Positions 23,532 to 37,287 of a DNA stretch of 64,000 bases are shown here, one piece after another (positions within the stretch are counted from its first letter, which is position 1; every line of letters starts with the position of its first letter). The DNA is from Eledone cirrhosa (Eukaryota). The notes below the pieces were generated by a model. It searched no databases and was not told where the DNA came from. It worked only from the letters and a program-made list of their open reading frames with translations. The stretch is from positions 342,674,001-342,738,000 of the forward strand of contig OZ024743.1 of the NCBI GenBank assembly GCA_964016885.1. Reading direction: 5' to 3'. A program made the position numbers and the translations under genes.

Positions 23532-24663
23532 TTAACAGTGCTGCGATCGAATGTGGCTTTTTAGCCAAGCCAATGATCTAAAATCTATTGCGCAGAGTTG
23601 GTAACCAAAGCATTCACTGAGAATAGCCGGCTGTGGTTTGAGTTCATGTACGTTTGCATGTCGTTTGAGCCCGCTTGCTGATTTACACTCTCTACCACAT
23701 GCTTGGCAGGCATGATGAATAGCATCTGCAACAGCAGCCTGGTAGTCAACCACTGGTCTCATTTTATGACTGCGAAGATGACTTTCGAGTCCAGCTTTGC
23801 TGAGGCAGTGTCTCGCACAGACGCTGCTTGTCAGCGCCATAGGAGGACCTTCGCTGTCTGGAAATGCAACAGCAATGGCCTTGCTCACATCCCTCTTTAC
23901 TTCCTCGTATGCGATTCGAGATGCCTCAAAAGCAACTCTCCCCTCATATACAGTCTTTCTCCATTCATTACGATCAGCAACTACATGTTAGCGTCTTTCA
24001 AAGAGGCTTTCAACGAATCCTTATACCTCTTTTTTGGTTTATGTGGTGGTCGTTTTCCTTTAACTAACTCTCCATAAAAGAGTTGTTTTGGTATTCTAGA
24101 ATCCTTCATCCTGGCAAGGTGACCACTCCAACGGAGTCTTTTCTTAAGAACACGTGCTTCTATACTGTCACGCAGAGAGCTTTCCAAAATCTCGACATCA
24201 CTGATGTGGTCCCTCCAGTGAACGCCATGGATCCGTCTGAGACACATCTGATGGAAACGCTCCAATTGTTTAAGGTGGTGTCGATATGTGACCCAGGTCG
24301 CGCAGCCATAAAGAAGAGAAGAGAGCACAGATGCTTTGTACACCTTTACCTTTGAGTTCTTGCATATGTCTCGCCGATTCCAGAGGCGCCTTTCTAGCTT
24401 TCCGAAATCAACACTTGCTTTCCTAATCCTGAGTGGAATTTCATTATCCCAGGTAGACAAACTGATCAACCACTCCAAATCGTTTGCCATACACATATAT
24501 ATTTAGGTCACTGTACTGCTTACCAATGGCAGAGTGGTACATGACGACGGTTTTCTTGAGACTGACAGTCAATCCTAGGGCAGTACAAGCATCCGAAAAT
24601 GCATTCAAAATGTGCTGCATATCACTCTCTGCGTGCGCTACAAGATTGCAATCATCTGCATAC
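23532..24663 (-). mobile_element. 5'-truncated RTE-clade LINE (RT C-terminal half plus C2H2 zinc fingers)
   Basis: YADD..., FVYLG, LLYGCATW, RLRWSGHLARM, QLFYGEL, KRYKD; C2H2 fingers CQACGRECKSASGLKRH and CAIDFRSLAWLKSHIRSQH. Confidence 0.85.
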
Positions 24664-26970
24664 AAGAAACTGATGTATAAGATGTATACAGCCTGTCTGA
24701 ATCTATTCCTCCAAGATCACTATGAAAATAATAACATCTTTCCAGCTGAACAAGCAGCTGGAAAGAAAGGGGTTTGGGGATGTGCTGAACAAGCAGCTGG
24801 AAAGAAAGGGGTTTGGGGATATGCTGAACAACTCCTAATCAACAAAACTGCGATGTCGGAGGTGCGACAACTTAGGAGGAATATGGCTACAGTCTGGCTG
24901 GACTACAGGAAAGCTTTCGATTCTGTTCCCCACTCTTGGATGATAGAGACCCTCCGACTTGCTAAAGTCCCAGACATTATTATCAGAGCCATAGAAAAGA
25001 TGTCTTCTTCTTTGGCTACTATCCTAAGGTTAAAGACAGAGAAGGGGACTCTATTTTCACTGATAAAATAAAATATCGTAGGGGTATATTTCAGGGAGAC
25101 TGTCTCTCTGTGATATTATTTATCCTTTCATTAAACCCTTGTCCTTTCTACTCAAGAAATGTGAAGGATACATCATTGGCTCATAGGAAGACAGAAATAC
25201 GAAACTAACCCATAATTTCTTTGTAGATGATCTGAAACTCTATGCTAAGAACATGGATGGAATGAAGAAAAATCTTGACCTGGTTACAACATTCTCAAAG
25301 GATATAGGAATGGAGTTTGGCCAAGATAAATGCTCATATATAACTGTAAAGCGGGGAAAAGCAACAGCCCAATCTAGAAACATTGTCATCAATGGCCTAA
25401 CTGTTTCACCGATATCTGATGAGGAACGCTACAGATACCTGGGGATAGATGAGAAAATATCCTATAATGGTATCTGTAATAAGGAACGCGTAACCAGAGA
25501 ATACTACACCCGATTAAGAAAGATATGGTCATCGGAACTCTCTGCGCACAATAAAACAGTGGCACACAATGTGTTTGATGTGCCTGTCCTAATTGGACGA
25601 TAGACGAAGTCCGAGCAGTGATGTTAGAACTCGAAAAGTACTGAACAACACCGGAAACTTCCACATCAACAATGACTTAGACCGCCTTTACTTGAAACGT
25701 AAGCAGGGAGGCAGAGGCCTAACATCAGTCCAGATAGCATTTGAATATCGCATCATATCCCTCCGACATCTACGAATCGAGAAAGTCTATCTGCATGAAA
25801 CAGATAAGATCATGAGAGCTGGGAAAGAACTCCTCGAAAGATATTTCCTGTGTGATAATCAAAAACTCACACCCAGGGATGTCGCTCAGCAGTATAGCAG
25901 TGAATCCATGGATGAAAAACTGCATGCTTATCAGCAAAAAATCATGCATAGATATGTTGCCAGGAAGCTCCAGAGTGAGAGTAATATAGATAAAGAAAGT
26001 AGTCTATCTTGGACTAACAACCGCTATATTGGCTTCCACTTTGAAGAATACGCTTTTGCAATCCAAGAACAGGAAATCAACACGAAATACCTGATTCACA
26101 AAAGAGATAGGGATGCAGGTAAAATACCTAGATGTGATAACAAGTGCAGACTCTGCAGAATTAACATTGAGGATATCACCCATGTCATCAGCAGCTGTCC
26201 AAAGATGTCATCGCGGTACTATCTACCTATGAGGCATGATGTAGTGGCCAAAACACTGTACAATGCAGTTCGTAAAAAAGTTAGGCCCGATAATAAACAC
26301 ATTAAAAGCTACAGCAATGTGGAAGACATACATATACATAATATGAAAGAGTACTGGTGGAATGCTCCAGTAAAACCCCAATAAAATGCAGACATCACAG
26401 ACCAGATATTATGATATGGGACAGGGAAAATAAGGCATGCACAGTAGTGGAAGTTAGCTGCCCAGCAGATGCCAATATAATATCAAAGATTAGCGAAAAG
26501 GAGAATATTTATGCAGAACTGATGAGAAATCTGCAGATTCTCCACCCTGATTATACCTTCAGATTGATGCCTGTGATTATTGGGGCACTGGATTATTGGG
26601 TAACTGCCTCAATACAAATCATGAGAAGTTGGGCTTCACAGGAACAGAAAGAACACAACTAGTTAGGAAACTACAAGTACAATCCATTAATAGAACATTT
26701 AAAATACGTAAAATATTCCAAAAATGTTTCGTCTAATAACTGCATATACACATGTACAGATACTAAGCATATACACATGCACACATACAACTCAAAACGT
26801 ACACATACACACATACAATAACATCCATATCTACACATGCATGCATGCAGACATGCAGACATATCTACCTAGTTAATGTTGTGTAAATTTCAATGAGAGT
26901 CTTGTGTCTATGTTAGAAACCGACTCTCTCTCTATTGGTAAAAATTTGTGAAATTATAAAACCAGAAGAA
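24664..26970 (+). mobile_element. Second, divergent R4/Dong-like RLE LINE family (5'-truncated, decayed) ending in (CATA)n
   Basis: WLDYRKAFDSVPH, QGDCLS, FFVDDLKLY, YRYLG, CRLC..EDITHVISSC, RHD, RPDIMI..EVSCP; the 3'UTR is repeated at 16808-16895. Confidence 0.85.
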
Positions 26971-27367
26971 CATACATACGTGCATACAGGTAGAAGTGAA
27001 GGATTTATTCTCATACAGGAAATCAGGTTTGAATACTTGCTAAAGACACCCATTGACCAGGTGTTGGTGTTAAACCTAGCAACGGATGTCTACAAAACTA
27101 GAGGGGGCAGTCCCCCAATAGGCTCCCACGCAAGTTCCGTTCACCAAATTTCAATTACAACGCTTTGAGTGACCCGAAGCTATATTAGAAAACACTTGCC
27201 ATATGAACCAAGCAGTGAAATTGATGTCGAATTATGAAGTTGTGAATTGAATTTATTTACTGTATATCCATGTTTCTATCTACATGTAACTGATTATGCC
27301 TCTCCTTCAAAATGTGTGGTTTTGTAACAATATTAAAAATTTCTCCATAAATTATCAATAAATTAAT

Positions 27368-27392
27368 CTTGTCTTTTTTTAATCTTTTTCAG
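27368..27392 (+). promoter_or_regulatory. Probable 3' splice acceptor of the GPCR coding exon
   Basis: Polypyrimidine tract cttgtctttttttaatctttttcAG about 190 nt upstream of the ATG. Confidence 0.55.
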
Positions 27393-27581
27393 TCTGGATG
27401 AAAACAACAGCTATAAACTCCAGTGTAAAGAACAACAGAATGAAAGATTCCTGTATTTGGAAATATATTATAAAATAACTTGATACTTCTATAAGTATAT
27501 AAAAGAAAAGAAATTTAAAAAGAAATATAAGATAATTTTCTCGGGCGAAGGAAAGGGAATTTGGGAAGAGATAGATCTGAG

Positions 27582-28742
27582 ATGAATCTAAAAAAATACG
27601 TGCATCAAGAAAACATGTCTGCCATAAAGTATTCTACAGTGTATCAAATAGACACTTTTAATGAAGAAAAGTGTGTCACTAACACAACAGAAGATGAATT
27701 ACTACTTACACAATATTCTTTAGTTGCTTATCACTACTGGTATGAGGGAATTCATGGTTATGCAGCGTCTGTCGTTTGTTTATTTGGAGTCATCGCGAAT
27801 ATTCTTAACATTATTGTACTAACAAGAAAAAGCATGATTTCTCCATCAAATATAATCCTGGGTGGACTGGCTATAAGCGATGGGCTTACAATGGCCATCT
27901 ACTTCCCGTTTGCTTTAAAAAATTATGTTATCTATGGACCAGATTCTGTTGAAAGTAGTGATACCATTGCTGATGCCCGCTTTTTATTTGCTTACGCCGT
28001 ATGCAGTGTTGTTGTACATTCTATTTCAGTTTGGTTGACAGTTACATTGGCTGTATTCCGTTACATAGTTATTAAGTATCCACGCAAAGGAACCTATTTG
28101 TGCAGCATAAGAAGAGCTAAATTGGCTGTAGTTCTAGTTACCATAGTCACCACCGTAGTGTGTGTTCTAAATAGTGCAACGTTAGAAATCAAGTGCAACA
28201 GAGAAGATAATTCAACATCGTGGTTTGTTGATTTTAGAGAGAATAATGAAGCTGAGAGAATTCTCAAGAAGATTAACTTTTGGGTACAAGCATTTATTCT
28301 TAAGCTGTTACCCAGCTTATTACTGACAATCTTGAGTGTACTACTCGTGAAGACCATGCAGGATGTCGAGGTAAGGAGAAAGAGACTATTAAGTCGAAGT
28401 GGCAGAACAGATGACGACAGCGGCCGAGAAAGGAAAACTAATCGAACTACAAAGATGTTACTGACGGTTGTAGTGTTATTCCTTGTAACAGAAACACCGC
28501 ATGGTATATTCATACTGATTGCAACTTTTAACTCTTTTTTTAAGAATTATTACGTGTATTTGGGAGATACACTTGATATTCTCGCACTCATTAACAATGG
28601 CATCAACTTCATATTGTACTGCACAATGAGTAAACAGTTTAGGGACACATTCATCAGAATATTTTTCAAACCGTTCATTAACATAAATGTAGGCCAATTG
28701 CAGCTCGTGTCAACCCAGGCTACTAGGTACTCAGAAGTGTGA
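27582..28742 (+). CDS. Rhodopsin-like neuropeptide GPCR (myosuppressin receptor / dmsr-1 / sex-peptide-receptor-like), 386 aa, single coding exon
   Basis: Seven hydrophobic segments; GxxANxLNIxVL, LAISD, HSISVWLTVTLAVFRY, TTKMLL..LF...ETP.G, NFILYCTMSKQFR; N-terminal N-glycosylation sequons; first ATG at 27582 (the ORF track starts at an upstream TTG). Confidence 0.9.
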   Translation: MNLKKYVHQENMSAIKYSTVYQIDTFNEEKCVTNTTEDELLLTQYSLVAYHYWYEGIHGYAASVVCLFGVIANILNIIVLTRKSMISPSNIILGGLAISDGLTMAIYFPFALKNYVIYGPDSVESSDTIADARFLFAYAVCSVVVHSISVWLTVTLAVFRYIVIKYPRKGTYLCSIRRAKLAVVLVTIVTTVVCVLNSATLEIKCNREDNSTSWFVDFRENNEAERILKKINFWVQAFILKLLPSLLLTILSVLLVKTMQDVEVRRKRLLSRSGRTDDDSGRERKTNRTTKMLLTVVVLFLVTETPHGIFILIATFNSFFKNYYVYLGDTLDILALINNGINFILYCTMSKQFRDTFIRIFFKPFININVGQLQLVSTQATRYSEV

Positions 28743-29579
28743 TGTAACTGTCTTAGTGAAGTTATGTCATAATTAAGAGCACAGTTATGATTTGATGAAA
28801 TGTTAGGTAGCTTAAAGTAGACAAATACATTGTTAGTCCACTTTCAGCAGACATACTTACATCAACCATCCAGTCATTTCAGTTTCCAGGTCGACAACCC
28901 AGCATGAGAATTAACAACTGGGCCTTTGAGTAGCCACTTGACCTGCAATCAATAATGTGCGAATCACTCGCTCCTTAAAAACGTTATCTAAAACTACGTA
29001 TAGTTCCACAGTAAAATCTGGATGATCTTGGCTAGAATGCTTTTTATAATAGCTTTGCTCAATCAAGGTTGAACTGGGCCTAAACATCAGCCTCTTATTT
29101 CAAAATACTAAGGCAAGATATGACGGTGCACTCTATAAAAAAGGGTCATATTCAATTTGAAGAATAAAATGTCAATATAAGTGATATTACGTTTATTTCA
29201 TCTAAATTGGGTTTAACAACTACATAAATATTTAGTTAGATTTCGATTGACCTAATGAAATAAGCGAAGTCGGATAACTTATCTAATCGTTAAAAAAAGA
29301 AGCTACGGTGAACATAATTACGAAAAGAGCATGTTTGCAGAGTTTTATAAGTTTTACAATGTATAATCATTTATGCCTTTTCACCACAATCTTGACACTG
29401 TAAAATCTTGCTTTCCTGTTGGATTGTCAATAGTGTTCGCCTTTTCTTCATATACATTGGTAACAAGAACAAACTAGATTATTTGTAACAGAAAATTAGG
29501 CAGAACATAATCATCCAGTGGACTCCATTGATTTTGTCGAGTTTGTAAATCCCTCGGCATATCAATAAATTATATTAGA

Positions 29580-30110
29580 ATTATTTTAACCCTGTTTAAA
29601 ATGACCGACTGTGATCAAACTTGCAGAAAAGTGTCACATTGTACTTCTGATAAGTGGAAAGACGGGATTATGACACAAATGTCCGTAAAACTTCAATGGT
29701 GCAACGTTTTTACAAATTCTTCAGTAGTTTTAATTCACTTTTACTCATTGCTTTGGCTACAGACCCCGTTACTGTGGCCCGTAATGCAGAGGAAAGGAAG
29801 ACCGACAAATACCGGAGATTGTCGGGCCGATTCCTATTCGCACTGCTCGACGTTGCCACCTTAGTTGTACTTGAACTCCGTACTACCGAGCTCTTCCGCA
29901 AGATCGGAACGTCAGCAGCCCGTCTAAGGAAGGAGCCCCGCGAGGTGGAGTGGCTATTGCAACGGATGCCGACGGCCATTGTCCGATGAAATGCTTTTGC
30001 GGTCATGTCCGTGGGGAGCAGCTCCAACACTGCCGCACCCTAGGCCTAGAGTCCATAACCCTCCCTCTTCCCCCTCCCTTTTTTCTGCTTTTTAATATGT
30101 GTATAGAACA
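29580..30110 (+). mobile_element. Decayed 3' fragment of a CRE-clade non-LTR element
   Basis: AEERKTDKY..L..RFLF and EPREVEWLLQRMPTAIVR*NAFAVM match the CRE C-terminal QRLSxAxxRGNA motif. Confidence 0.7.
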
Positions 30111-30311
30111 AATTGTCTAGGGATTACTTTTCTTTCAGCTATAACATTGCCCTTTTTAAGAAAAGGGTCAATAAGTACTTCTCCATGTTAAAATTTCATT
30201 CAATCTGCCAGTACTTTCGTCAGTTTCACGCTTATAGCAATCATTCTCCCATTTCTCATCATCATTCTTTTCTCCATATTCATCCTAGCGTTTAATCTTG
30301 AGTGGCTTTAA

Positions 30312-30537
30312 CCCTTTAGCATTTACATTACTCTATAATTACTATTGTATTTTCGCAGTAAAGTCTTTACCTCATATAATTATCTCACATAATATTGAAT
30401 CTATGAGATTTTGTTATTATTTATTTTAAGAACAATACCTTAACATAATCATGAATAACCAGTTACAGCCGGTTTGAACACAAATAGGTGAGAGAATTTT
30501 TCCCGGATATGATATGGCTGGTATAAATGCTAAAGGG
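30312..30537. mobile_element. TTAA-specific (piggyBac-type) MITE
   Basis: TIRs ccctttagcattta / taaatgctaaaggg, flanked by TTAA on both sides. Confidence 0.85.
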
Positions 30538-31028
30538 TTAAAGCCTTACTGTATGGTGACTTTTCTTATAAAAAAAATTAAATCCATTTATACGGGAAAC
30601 GCAATTTTAATAGGTATACATGAGCTAAGGGACGAGTGATGGTTAGATAAACGCTTAATATACAAATATGTAGCATATTATATGTTGAAAAACAAAATTT
30701 CTTGCAGATATATATATTTGACAAAAAGATGGTAGTGGAAACATGATCAAAAGGGAAAATTTTTATGGACAAATTATTGTGATAAAAACCCGTTTAAAAA
30801 ATAATATTTAAAAAATCCTTAAGACAGGCTATTTTAGAAAATCCAAAGGATATATATAAAAGCCTATTAAAAGTTCAGAAGTTAAGAGTCACTGTTACAA
30901 TAAAGAAGAGATTGCGTAAAATCTTACGCTAAAGTAATTATTTCGTTATCTTCTCACTTCACACCTGTTCCTAGAAACAAGACTTTACATGATATTTTAG
31001 ATACTCTAGCATTAAGTATATGTGTGTT

Positions 31029-31115
<87 letters not shown>

Positions 31116-31389
31116 GTGTGTGTGTACAGACACATACATAGACACACACACACATATATATATATGTATATGTGAGTACACAGACACACACGCGCACGCA
31201 CACACACACACACATACATCTATATATATATATATATTGCATCACTGTTTACCGTATGTACTTACGGTAAATATTGATGCAATTCAATCAAGCACTCTAC
31301 GTACTTTTTTTCCACATAGGAATGACGGAGTATATTTAGAATAAGAAAATGCGAAGTAGTTTCAGATGTTAAAGTCCTTTATTGATAAG

Positions 31390-31464
31390 GCTGTGATACA
31401 TATTTCAATGACGACAGTGGCCACGTGATTCCGCCTAACCAATGCCATGATCTCATCATACAGC
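31390..31464 (-). ncRNA. Hammerhead motif with one core substitution
   Basis: gctgt aTGATGA gatcatggca...tgtcgtcatt GAAA tatgta TC acagc; the inverted arm at 31597-31603 retains CTGATGA. Confidence 0.6.
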
Positions 31465-31608
31465 TTTTTACATAATAAGGTTACGTTCTCGAGGCAATCC
31501 AAATTAAAACGAGGAACGGACAAAGATGATGTTAGTGAAGCCTACGTTTTAATTTGGATTGCCTTGAGAAAATAACCTTATTGTGTAAGAAGCTGTCTGA
31601 TGAGATTA
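31448..31608. repeat. About 65-bp inverted repeat (fold-back) abutting (TA)n
   Basis: 31448-31514 versus 31541-31608. Confidence 0.85.
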
Positions 31609-31669
31609 TATAAATATATATATATATATATATACATACATATATATATATATAGTTTTAATACAGATG

Positions 31670-31714
31670 AGATTCTACAGGACTGTTTCATTCTTTAGAA
31701 ATCATCAGGAATCT
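31670..31714 (-). ncRNA. Minimal type I hammerhead ribozyme motif
   Basis: agattc CTGATGA tttctaaagaat GAAA cagtcctg TA gaatct; GUA cleavage triplet. Confidence 0.8.
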
Positions 31715-32146
31715 GGCTTTCCAAAAATAAATGTTGTGGTATTTATATATTTCCATGTGGTAGGAGACGGTGGGTAGTGGGATGGGTAGAGGTCATTGGT
31801 TGAAAGAAAAGGGAATTCATTAAAAGCTAATTCTTTAAGTCTATAGTTTATATTTAGAGTGACAAGGCAGAAAGGATTCTCTAAAGAGGTCCAGAATGGG
31901 GTGCCACTCTTTATTTTTAAGTTTCTCTAACAATGCCTATATTTCATATGTCTATAAGGTGGTTGTGTGTCGCTCATGGTTGATGGATTTAAAGAAAAGG
32001 GAAATTCTTTAAAAGCTAATTCTTTAAAGCTCTACATAGAGTGACAAAAGGTCAAGAGAATTCTATAAACCAGTTCAAAATATTGGGTGACTATCATTAT
32101 TATCATATTTCTCTTAAGCTATATTCCAGGTGTCAACAGACATATT

Positions 32147-32302
<156 letters not shown>

Positions 32303-32391
32303 CACATACATATATATATATACATATACAGATACATATATATATACATATACACACACATACATATACACATATATATATATATACACAT

Positions 32392-32765
32392 GGTGGCTGC
32401 CAACTCGTTTTCGAGTACGGCCACTACTTTATATCCATGTAGGAGAACCCCTACCGATGCGCTGAACGAGTGTGACTTTTTAGTCCAGCCAGCAACTTGA
32501 AAACTCTGGTACAAACACTACACTTGTGACAATTACTGACACATAGTGCTGGGCCCATGGTACCATGTGACGACAAGTACAGAGAGATCTCCAGATATAA
32601 AGCAATGCCTGTGTCGTGAAGCTTTTATAGTGAACAAAGGCACTGCACAAAGCCAGTCCCACTCTCTTAACCAAGATGATATTTACCGAAAAGAAGAACA
32701 AGTCAATAGCATTGGATACCATCAGGGTTGCAGGTGTTATATCAGAGTTGTCCTTCTCCTAGAAT
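32392..32765 (-). mobile_element. Same element, copy 5 (5'-truncated)
   Basis: Near-identical to 17656-18030. Confidence 0.75.
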
Positions 32766-32781
32766 ACACATACATATACAC

Positions 32782-32823
<42 letters not shown>

Positions 32824-32965
32824 CGGCGATGAATAAAAGAATGATAAACTATATATATGTGTTTGTGTCTATATTGTATCTGTATATATCCTGATGTCTT
32901 CCAAAAGTAACGGTCGCATTTTGAAAGGGTATGTCAATATTTATTTATAAAACTGGTATATATTG

Positions 32966-33030
32966 TATTTTATCTGATGAAGGCATACCATAATTTAACA
33001 TGGTATCCTTGAAATATGTATAATGAAATA
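32966..33030 (+). ncRNA. Minimal type I hammerhead ribozyme motif (paralogue of 18165-18230)
   Basis: tattttat CTGATGA aggcataccataatttaacatggtatcctt GAAA tatgta TA atgaaata. Confidence 0.8.
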
Positions 33031-33189
33031 AATATGGTTTTATAAATATAGTTTCCATAAATTAATATCGTATATATATATATATATATATACATACAAA
33101 CATACATATATATATACACATATATAGATATATATACATACATATATATATATATATACACATATTTACATATATATACATACATATAA

Positions 33190-33312
<123 letters not shown>

Positions 33313-33574
33313 TATTTACATATATATACACATACATATGCATAGATAAACATACACACATACATACACATATAGATATAACACATATATACACATATAT
33401 ATATATATATATATTTCGTTTCTGAATTTGTTTAGCAAGATTCTTTATCTGAAAACGTGTGTTGAAACCGATATTGTTATACTTAGGGAGGCCAATAAAA
33501 GCACACACAAAAACAAGATGGCGTAGGACAGAACAAAGGAGAGGCACAAAAACAAAGAAAATAATCCCCAGTCA

Positions 33575-33611
33575 CTGAAGAAGTCACAGAATGTGTGACG
33601 AAAGAACTTTG
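33575..33611 (+). ncRNA. Hammerhead core (paralogue of 35133-35179); stem I not evident
   Basis: CTGAAGA a gtcaca gaatg tgtgac GAAA gaac TT. Confidence 0.55.
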
Positions 33612-33745
33612 AAAATATATGAACAATCATCTGGTTGTGGAACCAACCAACCAACGGGAAATTTATAAATTTAATTTATAATAAATTGAAGTGAAAGCAA
33701 CTGGCGCGTGTGTTTCTTATTGGCAACATCACCCTCCCAAAGTAT

Positions 33746-33832
<87 letters not shown>

Positions 33833-33965
33833 GTAATAATAATAAATTTGAAGACTAAAATCGAAAGAGGGTTCGATAAGGATAAATATATATCAAATAT
33901 ATAAGAACCGTAGAGCAAAGAGTGAAAGCAGCGATTCTTTGCTTAAACTGTAATCTGTCATTTTA

Positions 33966-34590
<625 letters not shown>

Positions 34591-34884
34591 GTTAAAAGAA
34601 TAGAGGTGACCCAACTGTGGCATTTGCATCAACCTAATAGAGGGTTCGGAATTCTATTTCAAAGATGGACAACGTTTTATAGTAAAACACAATTTCACAT
34701 GTGCATCGGAAAATCTAATATATGTATTGAAAAACTTAAAAACTTAAAACCACAACTGAATACTAACCCATACAATCACTAATACTCTTTTATTCCTAAT
34801 TAAACCATTTTTCAACTGTGAACAATTTGTCAGCATTTTCTATTCCGTTTACCAATATATATATATATATATATACATACATAT

Positions 34885-35808
34885 ACATAGTTTTGCGAGG
34901 TTTTTGATATGAAATCTTGTGTCGAAACAAATATTGTTATACTTGGGCAGGGTCATATTTGTGTAATAATATTGCCAGAATTAATAACAGAACACACTCA
35001 CTGTTTGGTTGGTTTTCGCTTCTGTATCTTTTATATCAGTTAATTTAATTTATTCGGTCCTCGATGTTACCATTGACTGACCAACGGTCAAAACTGCAGA
35101 TATAATATAGACACAAACACATATTTGTAGTCTAGCAAAGTTCTTTCGTTGCACATCTGCAACATCGTCAGTGGTGCTATTATGTTTCCTCCTGTTGTAT
35201 TGTATGTCTACGCCATCTTTATTTAATCCGTTTATTTATTTATTTATTTATTTATTTATTTTTCTCTTCTTCTCTGCGCATGCGTTTGCGTGTGTTTATA
35301 GTGTTTGATGTGTGTTCGTATTTGGGTGACTGTGTTTTGGTTATTGTATTCTATCTTAGTTTACTAGTGAGTGTTTATATGTGTTTGTTGTTATTCTACT
35401 TGTGTATGTATGTATTTATTTATTTATACTTCCCTTAGGTCAGTATTGTTTGTTTGGGTGTTATTATTCCATTCATTTTTTTTGTTTAGCTTTGGCCTTC
35501 TAAGTTCTATTTCACTTGCCTCTCTGATTTGCCTATCTGCTCGGTCATTTCTATGTTTAGATATTATTCTAATTTCTATGTTGTCTATGTTACCGTCGTG
35601 TTGTTGTCTAGTGTGTTCGTATAGTACTAAACCGTTTTTTCGTCCTTTTACTCTCAGGGCCTTTCTACACTGGTTAGTTAATTTCCCTCCAGGGGTAGCG
35701 TCCACGAACATGTCACTCTGGTATCTCTGGTTGTCCTACCATGAGGTAACTTTGCCTATCTTATGTTTACTCCTATCTAAGCCATTCCATGATTTTCTCC
35801 TGTATAAT
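34885..35808 (-). mobile_element. Penelope-like element 3' fragment (GIY-YIG C-terminus plus pLTR with hammerhead)
   Basis: LYEHTRQQHDG..IISKH...RQIREASEI....PKLNKKNE; same-strand hammerhead motif downstream; ends in (TA)n. Confidence 0.7.
35133..35179 (-). ncRNA. Type I hammerhead motif in a Penelope pLTR
   Basis: tagca cca CTGACGA t gttgca gatg tgcaac GAAA gaac TT tgcta. Confidence 0.7.
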
Positions 35809-36668
35809 GGGGAGGGGAGGAAGTCGGAACGGTAGGTAGAACAATGGGGGGTAGAAATATATAGGAAAGAAAAAATACTGAGAGTGAAGAAAAGCAAATA
35901 AGTGTAAAGAAAAACAAATGAGTGTAAGGAAAAAAGTAAAGTAAATTAAATTCTACGACCTAGGTCTCTAGCTATTGTTAGTCTAGAATAAATAAATAAA
36001 GAAAGAAAGAAAGAAGTAAAGAAAGAAATAAAGAAATAACGTCCCACCTAGTTCTTTTACTTATTTCGTTATTTCTTTATTTCTTTCTTTACTTCTTTCT
36101 TTCTTTATTTATTTATTTATTCTAGACTAACAATAGCTAGAGACCTAGGTCGTAGAATTTAATTTACTTTACTTTTTTCCTTACACTCATTTGTTTTTCT
36201 TTACACTTATTTGCTTTTCTTCACTCTCAGTATTTTTTCTTTCCTATATATTTCTACCCCCCATTGTTCTACCTACCGTTCCGACTTCCTCCCCCTCCCC
36301 CTCCCCTGTATCTTCTTTGACCTCATGCCCAGCTGTAGCTGGCACTACAAACGCTTGATTGGGGCTACTCCACCCCCTCCCCTCTTTCTCCTACTGGCAG
36401 GTTTAGCCACCATCTCCCCTACTAATTTGCAACCACAGAATTACTACTGATTTTTGACAATCACTTTGACCATATATGGAATTACCCCTTGAGAAGATCG
36501 GCTATTTAAATACCAGGATAAATTTTCATTTAGTCCAGAATTAGCCGTCGAAACGGCTTGAGCTCAGCTGTCGGGGTCTTACTGGTTCCTATTACCCACT
36601 CTACTACCTCAAGTATTGAGTACTTTGGTGCGTTATGGTCCACCTGGTTCCTTACCACATTTCCTCCG

Positions 36669-36670
<2 letters not shown>
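35809..36670 (+). mobile_element. Penelope-like 3' fragment with 5' inversion (fold-back)
   Basis: About 233-bp near-perfect inverted repeat 35809-36041 / 36067-36300; degenerate hammerhead at 36484-36577; ends in (TA)n. Confidence 0.6.
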
Positions 36671-36715
<45 letters not shown>

Positions 36716-37102
36716 TGCATATGAATTTTTCTCATTATTCTATGAATTCTAATACACACGCGCTCTAACTCGATTTTCGAGAAATATTTGTTTATATATA
36801 TACATCTTTATGTGTGTGTGTGGGGGGGGGGGTACAGATCATTATATTCATATATATATAGAGAGAAAGATTGGGAGAGAGTGAGTTAGAGAGATTGTAG
36901 AAGGTATTAAAGAAAGGTCAGATTAAAAGATGAATTCTTCGATACACTATATCTGAATTAAGACTGGGTGGTCACGGTTAGAATGGTTTCGTCAGCCCCG
37001 TCTGAATTAGAGCTAACAGCAAGATCAAAAGAATATAATCTCACATGTAAATACTGTCTCGTAATAAATTATTCCAACACACACAGATACAAGAAGTAGA
37101 GA

Positions 37103-37287
37103 TAATTGTTTCTACTTTAGGCACAAGGCCAGCAATTATCCAGTGCATTACTGGTACTTTATTTTATCGACCCCGTAAGGATGAAAGGCAAAGTCAACCT
37201 CGGCGGGATTTGAACTCAGATCATAAAGGGACGTAACTATGCTGGAAAGCATGGCGTCCGACCCTCTACCGATACTGCCAATCCACC
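37103..37287 (-). mobile_element. tRNA-SINE
   Basis: Family consensus match. Confidence 0.8.

Noticed and set aside
24484-25071. 195-aa ORF as a novel gene
   Set aside because: Chance fusion of antisense RTE sequence and a sense R4-like RT fragment
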